Below are positions 13,510-26,397 of a stretch of 64,000 bases of DNA, piece by piece. The notes under the pieces are model-generated. The model made no database searches, was not told the origin of the DNA, and saw only the letters and a program-made list of their open reading frames with translations. This DNA comes from Ranitomeya imitator. Lineage: Eukaryota. Positions within the stretch are counted from its first letter, which is position 1. The number at the start of each line of letters is the position of its first letter. The stretch lies in contig NC_091288.1 in the NCBI RefSeq assembly GCF_032444005.1, positions 203,794,001 through 203,858,000 on the forward strand. The letters run 5' to 3'. Position numbers and translations under genes: made by a program.

Positions 13510-14230
13510 ACAGCGCCCCGCCGGGAGCTTCATGGCCGAGCAGCTGCATGCAGACGTACATCACCAAGCACAATGCCGAGCGTCTGATGGAGTGGTGTAA
13601 AGCCACCGCCACTGGACTCTGGAGGAGACGTGTTCTGTGCAGTGACGGATCACACTGCTCTATCTGCGTCTGATGGAGTCTGGGTTTGGTGATTCCAGGA
13701 GGATGTTCCCCCCTGACTGCATTGTGCCCCCTGTACAGATGGTGGAGGTTAATGCTATGGGCTGTTATCAGGGGTCGGCAGCAGCTCCTTAGTCTCTTTG
13801 ATGGTAAATCTTAATGACTGACCACAAGACACTGTAGATTCCAGATTTGGGGGAGCACTTTGGTGAAGGCCCTTTTCTCTTCCCCATGACTTTGCACAGT
13901 GCACAAGGCCCATAAAAACATGGTTGGGGGAGTTTGGTGGAAGAACAAGCCACAAAGTATGGACCTCAACCCCATTCAACACCTTTGGGATGAGGTATAT
14001 CAGGAATTGTGACCCCGGCCTCCCCCCATCATCAGTATCTGACCTCACAAATGCTCTTCTCGATGAAGGGGCAAGAATTCCCACAGACACCTCCAAAATC
14101 ATTCCCAGAATAGCGGGAGCCGTTATATCTGCAGAGGGGCCGACTCCATATTAATGTCTATGGAAGTAGAGCGAGAGGTCAGAAACGCTCCTGGAGGTGT
14201 AATGTGGAGGGGGCACGTACTTTTCACAGT
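13510..14230 (+). mobile_element. Decayed Tc1 transposase fragment
   Basis: Remnants resembling VLxSD, GPFLF..D and DLNPI.HLWD motifs, broken by indels. Confidence 0.7.
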
Positions 14231-16168
14231 GTCTCTCTGATGTAGATACTCAGGGCGACTAGTCCCTAATCTAACTCTGAATGATCTAATACAAAACCCC
14301 AAAAAATGTTTGTAAAAAGTAAAAAAAAAAAACAGGGTTGTGTAAACTGAGCTCACGTAACTAAACAATATATACAAATAGACTTATCACAGGCGCACTG
14401 CAAATATGTGCAAATAACACACACATGCTGTATATAAACATGTCACGTCATAAATATAGACAGTACCTATAAGTAAGCTGTAGGCTTTTCATTATGTGAT
14501 TATTTTGCATCAGTATTTGCATTTAAAAAATCTCAAAAATAAATTGTTCCTTGGCCGCTATATAGGGGAAACCATAAAAATAATTATCACCTCTGCGGAC
14601 TGGTACAAACGTCACAGGAATGCCGTCCACCTTCTTGCGGAGTCTGTTTCTGTCTGCTGATTATTTAAAGGCTAATTCCCAAATAATCAACGTATTGTGT
14701 TCATAAGATTAGGCGATAACTTGCTGATCACTGTGAGTCATTGATCCTGAAAAAAAGAGACTCTGTGGTCCTGAATAAAGTGGAGAGGCGCATGCTCGGC
14801 CTCTGTCCCATTCATTGTCTACAGGACTGAAGGAAAGAGCCAAATGCTGTGCACAGCAGTACCATAGACAATGAATGATGCATATTTAGCACAGGGCCGC
14901 AGAGTTCCTTTCTCGGAATCCCAAAGCCCAGTTTTCAGGATCGCTGGAGAATGAATGTGGGGGATGACTTGCGTTTTTGGGAATAACCCTTTAAGGGTTT
15001 GCTCAGACACGCGACACGTTTTTGTGTGGATGTCCAGTGTGAAGTGCTATCGATGGTTCACAAAGCTTATACATGGCTGATTCTCTGGTCATTATCCATC
15101 CAGATTTGATACAGAAAAATACAATAGCCGCAAAGCGGATGGCAGTTTACCAAATCTCATCCATCCGCAACCAAATCCACACGTAACACATGCGGATTAT
15201 CAGCGGAAAATCAGTACATGTGGATGTCCCATCATTGTGAACCTGATCAGGTATGAAAACCATCGTATTATATAGGTCTATGCTTCTCTGTATAAAGAAA
15301 TACTCCCTCTACTGGCAACATACAGCAATAAGAGGATGTCTTTATGTACACGACCAAGCTTCACAGCACCTATTGTAATATTTCAGGTGCCCTATAAACA
15401 TGGAGGCGCACGTGCTCCAATTTCAGCTCCATTTCTGATGGATGATAGAAATATATGACCCAATGTGATTTTTGGGGTTTTATTTTTCATGCTAGGGTGT
15501 ATTTAAATAATAAAATCTATTAACTCACTTATCTAATTCCTGGACTTTACAGGGGATTTTACTGCTATAGTTTACTGCTCATTGCCTAGGTTACCGGCCA
15601 CCTCTGCAGTCTATCAGTGGTGGCTGGTGTTCTGGGCAAGGAGCACAGAGTTGACAATCTCTTAGCTATAGAGCTTGCAGGCGCTGATCTGAATCTGTCT
15701 GGATTGCTGGATCCGTCCAGCGCCCCTGCACTCCTGTCTTATTTAGCAGCATTGGAGAGTTCACAATTTGGGCTGAACCATGCGACTGGTCCGAACTGTC
15801 AATCATCAGGAGGACCCCCGCCAAGCAGGAAGCTGTATATTGACCCCTCTTGAAGAATGAAGATGAGACAAACCCTATAAATGAAGCAGATGTCAAGTAC
15901 TGGAGCTAAAGTCTATGGGACTGAGGAGGATAGAAGAGTACAGTATGCTAATACCGTAAGTCAGACGGACTTGTATGACGTATTATGTGATTACATTGGC
16001 ACCGTGTCTCGAATTAAGACGCGTAAAATAGCAATTGTATGAAAAAATTGGGGGAAGTATGTTCATTTTTTTTTTGCAATTTTTGGATAAACTATTATTG
16101 CACTCAATAGCTACAGAGTTGATTGAGATTTTAATGAAAAAAAAATAGAGCGTAAACTTTCCAAATTC

Positions 16169-16561
16169 GGGGCAGACATATCATTGGCGCAACCTGTGGA
16201 GTTTTGTATTATAATGAGCTACTGGGCTGTAAAGGGCCCATATATTGTTCTTGCACAGGGGCCCTCTTCAGTCTGTGTCCGCCAATGCTCCAAAACTCGC
16301 ACACATAGAAAATGACACTTTTCTGCTATGACAAGGGGTTGAGGAAGTGTTGTGTTGCATCTACTAGGGCTTCCATGGATTTGCAACTATCAGTTCCCAA
16401 AAAAAGCAATTGCACCAGAGGCGGATATATCATTGGTGCAACCAGCAGGTAACGGGGCCATTTCCGCCTCCAGGGCAGCTGGAATTGTGCATTCTGAGGA
16501 GCTATTGGACTGCAGAGGGCCCATATACTGTCCTTGCCCTCTTCTGCGTGTGTCCGCCAGT
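16169..16561. mobile_element. Two related short hAT-like MITE remnants
   Basis: Both start with ..ga(c/t)atatcattgg(c/t)gcaacc and end gtgtccgcca. Confidence 0.45.
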
Positions 16562-17356
16562 GCTTTGCACCATATAATTTGCTGTTCCGTCTTTACTCTT
16601 TTTACACCTTTTTCTGACATTATCCAGTACGCCATATGTATATACATTCTCTTTTCACGGACGAAGTCTTCAGGATATCATGGAGCGGCTCATTCCTCCC
16701 ACTCCTGGGCCTGCAGAAGATCAGCAGATCCATGGGAAGCTGAGCCTGACATTACACCCATGTGCAGACTTCACTTAGCATGTGCGAGATGAAATAAGAG
16801 GCCGCCAGTGCTGTGTAGTGAGTTCAGGAGCAGGGTGTGGCTGGGAGACGGCCTGGAATTAGGAGTGGGTTAGGTGCGTGGGAGGACTCTGCGGTGAATG
16901 TGGAGGAAATAAAGAAAAGGTTTAGCCACTCGCAGGTCCCTCGTGTTCTGTCTCCTCCTGTTCTTATAGTCTCAATTCTGTAAATACAAGAAAAAAAAGT
17001 AATTTAATACTAGAATTATTTGTGATTCGGTATTTTGGACTCCGCGCCTTTTCCCAGTTAATATTTATACCTGTGCAGTTGTGACGGCGATGTTATTGGA
17101 AGTAAACAGGAATTTTTTTTTATCTTAATCTCGTACAATTGCACATTACAGAGCAAGCAGGAAGCAAAAAAAATTAAGAAAAAATCAAGGACGTAAAAAA
17201 GTACAAAATAAAAATCAGATATAAGAGTTAAGGTTCTGCTCCTGATCCAGAATATCAAGGAATTACACATTTGTGCGGAGTGTGGACCTGGATGCATGGA
17301 CTGGTCACGGGTCTCCTGATCCCCAACTTCACAGCCTCATGTATTTATGTTACTAA

Positions 17357-17685
17357 GGCTACGTTCAGACTAGCGTTGTGCGCCGCTGCGTCGGCGACGC
17401 AACGCACAACGCACGCAAAAACGCGGCAAAACGCACGCAAAAACGCTGCGTTTTGCGACGCGTGCGTCGTTTTTTGCCGAAAATCGGACGCAAGAAAAAT
17501 GCAACTTGTTGCGTTTTCTTGGTCCGACGCTTGCGGCAAAAAAGACGCATTTGTCGCAAAACGCAACAAACAAAAACGCATGCGTCCCCCATGTTAAACA
17601 TAGGGGCGCATGACGCGTGCGTCGCCGCTGCGTCGCCCGACGCTAACCCGACGCACACTAGCACAACGCTAGTCTGAACGTAGCC
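17357..17685. mobile_element. Harbinger-like MITE (GCGTT/AACGC-rich)
   Basis: TIR ggctacgttcagactagcg / cgctagtctgaacgtagcc; TAA and TTA flanks. Confidence 0.8.
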
Positions 17686-17700
17686 TTATATAGCTGAAAT

Positions 17701-19130
17701 TGCCTAAAACACAGTAGTGGGGGGGTCTGGAAAAATGGATTGTAAGCGGTCATCTTTTTGTAGTAAAGGTTGTAATTTCCGTGCAGCTCCCCTTAGCACC
17801 TCCAGATTGGGATTGTAGGTGGCTACTAGAGGCACCCGGTTATTTTCTTCTTTAGCTGTGTAATGTAGCAGGTGATTCCTTGATATTCTGGTGGCTCTTG
17901 TAATCTGGTTTTCAATTGTTCTTGGATGGTCGCCCTGATTCAAGAAGGTCTTTCTAAGGCGACCAAGGTGTTCATCTCTATCCATGGGGTTGGAACATAT
18001 ACGATTGTATCTGATGGCTTGACTGTAGACAATGGAGTTTTTTATGTGTTTTGGATGGAAACTGTCCTATTTAAGTTATGTTGGACGGTCGATTGGCTTC
18101 TGATACAGGGATGTCTCTATTTTATTGTTCTGCAGCTTAATGATGGTGTCCAAAAAGTTAATTTCAGTGCAGGAGTAGTTGAGTGTCAAGTTGATGGTAG
18201 GATGAAATTGATTAAACTGTTCATGGAACGTCTTTAGCTTTACTACAAAAAGATGCCCGCTTACAATCCATTTTTCCAGACCCCCCACTACTGTGTTTTA
18301 GGCAGTCCCCAAATATAAGAAGCATCATTGTCAAGAGCTCCCTGTCCTCTCCAACTGCTGCAGGAACCTTTCCATGCAAACAGAAAAAATGTAAAACCTG
18401 TCCATTTATAAAGACCACAGACAAGATAAAGATCCCCAATTCACATCAGGACTACAAGATCCCAGGTACTTTCAGCTGCGTCACTTCTAATGTGGTGTAC
18501 CTAATTATTTGTACTAAATGTCCAACTGGGGGTCTGTATGTAGGCGAGACAGGGCAGAAACTGAGAGCAAGGATGAACTCTCATCGCCACACAATAAGAG
18601 AAAAAAGAATGGATCTACCTGTGGCAATACATTTCTGTCTCACGGATCATAACATTATGGACATGAAATTACTTGTATTAAAAGGTAGCTTCAAATCTCA
18701 AAGAGACAGAAGAATATGGGAATATAAACTGATGATGACCTTTGACACTCTTAGTGCAGGAATGAATGTGTCGCATGGATTTATGTCTTTTTACAACAAC
18801 TAAGGAATTTGCCCCTCAGACCATGTGGGGTCATCACAACAGAACCAGACCCCAATCAGAGGACTCCTTATCTAAGAACTGGTCCAATATTTATGGACAC
18901 AACTGTTTATCAGTCATGGTAATTCTGTTTCATGTCACCTGTCTTATCCATGTTTTTTTCTGTTTTTTTTCCTTTGATGTCTTGTGCATAAATATGTGAT
19001 TCTTCAGAATTTCTTTTAGTCTATGCCTGATGAAGAGACCTGTGTAGTCTCGAAAGCTTGCAATTTGTTACCATCTTTTCAGTTAGCCATTAAAAAGGTA
19101 TCAACCACTGAGGACTCTCAATTCTAAATA
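17701..19130 (+). mobile_element. 5'-truncated, 5'-inverted Penelope-like element
   Basis: 17701-18237 encodes RT C-terminus/linker on minus (FHPTINLT..INFLD..TSLYQKP); 18238-18803 encodes GIY-YIG on plus (VYLIICTKC..LYVGETGQKLRARMNSHRH); ~68-bp inverted duplication at the junction. Confidence 0.9.
19024..19062 (+). ncRNA. Candidate minimal type I hammerhead ribozyme in the Penelope 3' region
   Basis: CTGATGA 19027-33, extra A, stem II GAGAC/GTCTC, GAAA 19052-55, palindromic AGCT stem III, 3-bp stem I TGC/GCA. Confidence 0.6.
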
Positions 19131-21549
19131 TTTTGGGAGAACATACAAACTCCTTGCAGATGTTGTCATTGGTGGAATTTGACCCCAGGACCCCACTGAT
19201 GCAAAGCAAAAGTGCAAATCACTGTCGCCCCTTGACCTTACATTTATGTCTATAAGGCTGTTGGGGATGGGTTAGAAATAGGGTTAGTGGGAATCAATTC
19301 ACAGGACAAGGTCCATCGGCCAACTCAGTAATTTACTGGATGGAAGCCCTGAGAACCATCTCCTATCTGATGGCTTCTGTGGCTTTCCTTTTGATTAGCC
19401 AGGCTGGCGCAATGTGGGGTTGCATCGGGCAAGCTAACCTAAACAGGATCTTTAGATGCCTTTAGTAAAAGGTGGTCCTCAGGGTTCCCATCCAGCAGCC
19501 ACAGATCATCAATGCGGCCAATGGACTGGATCCTGCTCCATTGCAGCGTAATGCAGATGAATGGGGTCTAATTGCAACCCCTAAAGTAGTGCAATGGTAA
19601 CAAGCAAGTTGCAAAAAGTCAGAACCAGTTTGATATTTTGTGAGTTGCCTATCGCAGTCATGTGTCATAGGTGTCGCAATGCAACCCCATTGAGATGCCA
19701 GGTAGCAGCACAGAGCAATCTTTGGCAATGAGTTGTGTCACTCCCAAAGTCACCATCCATTCCCAGCCAAATATAAAACTTGTGACCAGATAAAGGACTA
19801 TGTAGAACTGGGAAAAAATAAGGACAATTACTGATATACCAAGATTAATTGGTCACTGTTCAGACAACTTGATCTCATTAATAATGTGTTAAATAGACAA
19901 TCACCTTACTTAAATATGATGTTGTCTTACCAGCGTTGGAGGACCTCCACTTGAAGAAACTTACCTTTATGTGGAGACACTAAGACAGTCTGGAGATATG
20001 GTGCGTCTATACATTCAGGCCTGCTAAAGCACTGGATAATAGCATAAATAATGCATGCTGGGAAATGAAGCAAATGAAAATCCTGCACCTATAGTGCTGG
20101 CAAACTGCCAATAGAGACAGTTCCTGGACATATTAGACTGGTATATGCACTGAAAGCAGTTTTTACATTATTGTAGAGCATGGTTTAATATTTCATAAAA
20201 CATATTTTTCCCCGATGAGAATACTGTGATGTATGTACTAAACAGGGAACGTGGTGCCCTAATATATATGATCTGGGAGTGACTGGTAACTCATATCTAT
20301 TGGCTTGAACAACCCCAGATACATTTGTACGTTAGGATTCATGGTCCTAAAACAGCCATTGCTTCATTATCGCTCTGAGAAGAGTAGCCTTATATGTGTG
20401 AATACTGTCATTACTATAGCTCTGGTTGTGTATGTATTGTTATGTATTTATGAGATGCTTTTAGTCAAAAATTGTTCAGCTTCTTATGTCTTTCTATCTG
20501 TTTTTCACAATTTTAAAAATGCTAAATAAAAACAAAAATTATGATGTCTTAACTTTAAAAAAAAAATCACTCTAAGGCGTGTCCTCTAGGTGTCTCCCTT
20601 CTGTCTACCTTGCTGTTCACTGCCTGTTGTTGAGTATAATCCCTCTCTCTCAGCAGAGAAGCCGAGTCAGTCAGGTAGTTTGTGGGGGCTTTCAGTTTAG
20701 GAAGCCATAGGACAATAGCAGATGCAGTGGGAAAAGAGTGAAAGAAAGTTCCTGCACCTATAGTGCTTGCAGAATGCTGGTGAAAAGTAACAGCCCAATA
20801 AAAAGACTAATTGGCAAGTTACAGAGAATGACAATTGGGATAGTTCCTGGTATGTACACTGAAAGCAATTATATCTTCTTATGGGGAATGAGGGCAGAAG
20901 ACTTTGCTTTTATACAGGGGTTTTATTCTTAGTTTTTGGACCTGAATCTATGATGGCTTCCTCAAGTGGATTTCACAGGAAGCAAGTAGGGAGAAAATCC
21001 CAAAGAGATGACAGACACGGCGCATGCTCCATTGCCTCCATCTCCAACGTGTGGCCCTTGTGTCTACGACCCATGTAAACCTGTTCTACATGGCTATCAG
21101 CATCTGTAGATTGTTCCCCCCAACAGTAAACTGCCCGGACCGTGGTGACAATATGGGACACCTGCTCCTTTCGTACATTTGTACTGAGCAAGGAGGTGCC
21201 CGAAAAGAGAGCAAACAGTTATAGAAAAGCTCAGCGCCTTCCCCCTACCTCTGCAGTGACATTCATGCTCACTAGTCACATGATCAACATGAACCAGTTC
21301 ATTTACTAGGCATAATTATGCAATAATAGTAATTGATTACCTGAATCGGAGAAGCTGGTTCGTAAGGCCAGGCCAGACTAGAGGAAGATTTGATAATTTC
21401 ATGACTGAAGAGGAACAAAAGTAAACTTTATTTTTTTTACTTTCAGACATTTTAGATGTAAGTTGGCCAAACCCGAAGATTTGGGAAATGAGGATTTGCA
21501 GATCATCTGATGTGTTTGGGGGCATCCTGAGAGGTAAAGGCAAGGGATA

Positions 21550-21849
21550 GGCTACGTTCACATTTGCGTTCTGTGGTGCAGCGTCGGCGACGCAACGCAC
21601 AACGCAAATGTAAACGCATGCACAACGCAGCGTTTTGTGACGCATGCGTTCACTTTTGCATGCTTTTTGGCGCAGAAAAAACTGCATCATGCAGCGTCCT
21701 CTGCGCCCTGACGCTTGCGCCACAGTGACGCATGCGTCACAAAACGTAAGAGCAACGCATGTCCATGCGCCCCCCATGTTAAATATAGGGGCGCATGACG
21801 CATGCGTCGCCGTGGCTGCCCCCAAAGCAACGCTAATGTGAACGTAGCC
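21550..21849. mobile_element. Harbinger-like MITE related to 17357-17685
   Basis: TIR ggctacgttcacatt / aatgtgaacgtagcc; shared internal ccccatgttaaa.atagggg. Confidence 0.8.
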
Positions 21850-22748
21850 AGCTTAAATTTTTATTTTCATGGGAGATAAGCTTCTTCAGGAGAGGTCTGG
21901 CAGCGACTTCTTATCTTCTCCCCTTTATGTGCACGGGAGCTCTCAGCAGAGATCCCAGCCGGTTGACCAATCGACTGGCCAACAGGAGAGTTTGGGTGAA
22001 TCTCACAAAATTTGATTTGGGCAGATATGCTCAAATTGGCGTCAAGGTGGCTTGTAATCACAGCTACAGCTGGGCTTAAAATGCAAAATAAAAGTAAGTC
22101 TGGACTTGGTCAAGTTATTTGACCAAGTCAGATTTAGGAAAACCTGACATGGGCTTTTATTTTTGGAGAGACCTATAAGATTTGTAGTTGGATTGATCTC
22201 CCTCCAGTCTGGGTTTTTGGAGTGGCTCATATCCACGATTCACATTTAAACTTTCAGTTTAGCTTTGGGTAAGTCAGAGTGTTGTTTGCAAGCATCTGAG
22301 CAGGGGGCTCTGTGCAGTACAGATCTGTGTGACGACTGAACACAGGCGAGCGAAGGCAACGCTACTGACGCACCCACGAGTGATACGGCGATGCAGTCGT
22401 TTGGTACTGACTGTATTGGATGACCCGGCTGAGATCCGTAGGATAACACTTGCTTTTACTTTGTGAGTTTTGAAAATAGACTTTTAAGTTGGACTATCCT
22501 GGGTCACTGCCTCTTTACCGCACTGTGTGAACACCACTGCATTACAGGTCACAAGTCAGGAATTGTTGCCAAAATATGGGTGATAAAATATAAAAATATA
22601 GTTGTGTGAGCCCTATCTTACTGTAATTGGAAAATGACCACATGGGGTGCGAAGGCCTCTGGTGCAAAGAAAACATGAGGGCCCTCAACAGACACCTTTC
22701 TATCATATGATGACATCTGGCACAAATCTGGGTGATAGTACTATATTA

Positions 22749-25066
22749 TATAACTCCAATAAAAAAAAAGTTGGAACTCCATGTAAATGTAAAGAAAGCA
22801 AGATTGTAATGATCAGGAAATTTCTTATTAGCCATACTTTGTTCATTTGAAAAAAAAATTACGGTAATTCATTTAGAAAATGATGGCAGCAAAGCATCTA
22901 AAAAAGTTAGGACGGGGGTTAGCAAAAAGATTGGAGAAGTAAGTGGTGCTAATGAAAAACAGCTGGAGGGTCAATTCTCAAGTAAATCACATGAGTGTGT
23001 ATAAGAATACCAAGTGAGAGAGGCAGAGTCTCTCAGAAGCAAAGATGGTTAGGGGTTCACCAATCTGTGAACAACTGTGTCTTCTAGGAAAATGTTCTTC
23101 AACATAAAATTACAAAGACCTTGAATATCCCACCATCTACAGAACAGAAGAATATCATGAAAAGATTCAGAGATTCTGGAGAAATCCATGTGCACAAGGA
23201 ACAAGGCCAATGGTCAATATTGGATGCTCGGTATTTACGGGCCCTCAGGCGGCGCTGAATTAAAAACAGGGATGATTTGGTTGAACAAATGACAGCGTAT
23301 GCTCAGGAGTTCTTCCAAATATCATTGTCTGTGAATAGAGGTCACAGTGCCATTCACAAATGCAAGTTGCAGCTCTATTATGCAAAGATGGTGCCAAATA
23401 TTGTAGCGCCGACAGCCCTACATGCTCGCCTCCTTCCCCGGCAGGGAAGCAGACTCACTCACCACCGTGGCCCCCATCATGCAATTCCTCCTCCTGCTGC
23501 TGCCCGGAGTCTACCTCCTTCTTAAAAGCACAGCACCTACCATCCTAAAGTGTACCCACCCAATGGCTGGGAGACACTTATTATTTAAGGCACCTCCACC
23601 TGATGGGAGGTGCCTGAGCAACGTGTTCACTTTGTTAGCTGCATACTTGCGAGTTCTAAAGTCCCCTGTTGTAGTTTATCTTCCAGTACCTGCCTGTACT
23701 TGCTGTACCCACCTGTATACCTGCCGTACCTACCTCCACCTGCCAGTGGCTGCCTGTATACCAGCTGTACCTGCCTGCACCTACCTATCAGCCTTACTTG
23801 CCTGCACCTGCCATGCTCATCTGTATACCAGTCGTACCTGCCAGTGCTTGCCTGTATATCAACCGTACCTATCTGCACCTGCCATTCCTGTCATGCCTTC
23901 CTGTATGAGATGAACTTTCTTTTTGGGACGTTCCAGCTTCCTGCCCATTTGGGGTCAGCTGCTGTGCATCTGAGGTTCGTCCTGGTGTAGCACCTGGTGT
24001 CCATCTGGAGCCAAGTTGAACCCCCCAGTCTGGGGCTCTGGTGAAGAGTCAGGTTCGAATGCCACAGTCTGGGGCTCTGGTGAAGAGTCAGATGTTCACC
24101 TAGTTATGCCCCTCCATGCTCTCCTCGGTCCACGACACAGTGGTTCCACCACCCCTGTTACAAATATCAACACAATCTAGAAACGATGAGGTCTTTTCTG
24201 AGCCAAAGCTCATTTATAATGGATTGAGGCAAAATAGAAAACTGTTCTGTGGTGGGTTGAATCAAAATGTGAAAATCTTTATGGAAACCATGGACGCTAT
24301 GTCCTGAGGACTCAAGAATAGTGGGACCATTCAGACTTTTATCAAGGAGAGTGACTGTCCAGCTTATTATCGAGGAAAGGGACAGTCCAGCTTGTTATCA
24401 GCGCACAGTTCTGCACCTCTAATGGTATGGGGGGCATTAGTGCCTATGGTAGGGGCAACTTAAACATGAAAAGCACTATCAATGCTGAGCTTATATAGAT
24501 GTTTTGGAACAACATCTGTGCCATCCAGAAAACGTCTATTTCAGGGAAGACCTGAGGACGAAGCTAAACCATATACTACATCTATAACAGAATAATGGCT
24601 CCGCAGAAGAAGAGTTTGGGTGATGAACCGGTTGACTGCAGTCTGGATCTCTCGCCAATAAAAAACATTTGGTGAATTATGAAATTAAAAATCTGGCAAA
24701 AAACCTACATCAAACAAGAACGGGACAGCAATCCACTCCCAAGTCTCCAGGAATTGGTCCCTTCACATTCCAGACGTTTACAAATTGTTGCCAAAGAAGA
24801 GGGAATGCTACACAATGGTAGACAGGGCCTGGGCCCAACTTTTTTGAGATGTGTTGCTGCCACTGATTTCCAAATTAGTTAATTTTCACTGACATCAATT
24901 TCCAAGTGAGTTAATTTTTACAAATGAAATGGAAAAATATCCAATTTCAACTTCTCGTCTTTGATTAAAATAAGGATATAAGAGACAGATTTCCAAATGA
25001 TTGTATTGTTGTTTTATTTACATTTTACACAACATAAAACTTTTTTTTTTGGAATTGGGGTTTTAC
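22749..25066 (+). mobile_element. Decayed Tc1 element interrupted by a solo LTR
   Basis: Left end aactccaataaaaaaaaagttggaac, right end ttttttggaattggggttttac; inner repeats at ~22901 and ~24832; transposase remnants join across the LTR (YAKMVPNI|NTI). Confidence 0.75.
23402..24162 (+). mobile_element. Solo LTR, copy 1
   Basis: TG...CA termini (tgtagc...gttaca); exact 5-bp TSD AATAT at 23397-23401 and 24163-24167; TATA-like ttatttaagg at ~23579. Strand is relative to copy 2. Confidence 0.85.
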
Positions 25067-25751
25067 AACCAATATACAATCATCGTAATATTGTCTATAC
25101 AGATATATAAAAATTCCAGGCTGCTTATAACACATGACTCCCAATAAATATCCTCAGTGCTGCCATCATCCTGCCTGAATCCCAAGTGAGGAGATTCCCA
25201 ATGAGGCAGACATGTGACAGCCTGAAGGTGCTGGGAAGATTCATTGCTGGGTACTTAGCACCCTGAGAGGACTAAATGATCCTGGAGCTGAGAGCTGTGA
25301 CAGCAGAGGTGACAAACATCACTTCTTCTATCATCAGTCAATAGCACAGCAGGTGTCTGAAGGATTATGGAGTCCAGGCATCTCTGGAGGTCACTTTCTC
25401 CTTGGGATCGAAGATATTGGAAAAGAAAAGTCCCAAAAAGGATCAACCTCGAATAATGAGGAAATTATAACTACAGCTAACGTGGGGTTCTCCATTTTGG
25501 CTAGCCCCCCAAACACTGAACTGTTCTGAGGAAGGAACTTAACTTATGAGCTCAGAGTCCATCCAAAATCTTTAATTTTTCCTAAATTATTACCAAAGTA
25601 GGAGCACTGAATTTATTGTCACTCGGTGTCATGGTAGGCAAAAACCCTCCCCCCCAAAAATCAGAATTTTCTAAAAGGGATATTTGAAAAAAAAAAAAAA
25701 GGTTTTCAACCCTTCAAATAACCCCCTTGAATCCTACGCCAGTAACGTATC

Positions 25752-26397
25752 TGTAACGGACTAGGTGGTGGAACCACTGTGCCGTAATCCGAAGAGAGCC
25801 TGGTGCCTCACCAAGTCCGACCTTGGATGCATGGTGGCAACACAATCCAAGAAGAGATAAGGGAGAGGGAACCAGGTGCTACACCAGGACTGACCTCGGG
25901 TAGATAGCAGCTGGCCCCAAAGGACAGGAGGCAAAAATGGCCAGGAAGGGTGTAACGGTAGGACAGGTAGGTAGACAGGCACTGGCAGGTGCAGGCTGGC
26001 ATACAGATGAGCACTGGTAGGTGCAGACTGAACTGGCTGATATACAGATGAAGACTGGCTGGTGCGGACTGGACCAGCTGATATACAGATGAGCCCTGGC
26101 AGGTGCGGACTGGACCAGCTATTATAAAGATGAGCACAGACAAGGATCGACATACAGGTATGCTGAAGGAGGTGCCTTAAATAGTAAGTGTCCCCCAGAT
26201 ATTGGCTTGGGACACTTTAGGGCGATGTAAGAAAGAAGGAGCACGTGCCCTAAGCACAGTGCCTGGGAATCTGTACACCATGTGCGCACACTGGGTATCA
26301 ACAGAGATGGAGGACGTGCGGGACAGGGCCAAGGTGGTGAGTAAGCCGGCGTCTCTGCCAGAGAAGAGGGGCAGTATGCAGAGATGCTGGCGCTAAA
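25752..26397 (-). mobile_element. Solo LTR, copy 2, same family, opposite orientation
   Basis: Reverse complement shares cacagtggttccaccacc...ttaca and ttaaggcacctcc with copy 1; TSD GTATC at 25747-25751 and 26398-26402. Confidence 0.8.

Noticed and set aside
17345-17677. Cluster of Arg/Cys/Ala-rich short ORFs on both strands
   Set aside because: Products of a palindromic GCGTT/AACGC MITE; similar ORF clusters at 33.5-35.3 kb and 42.7-43.1 kb have the same cause.
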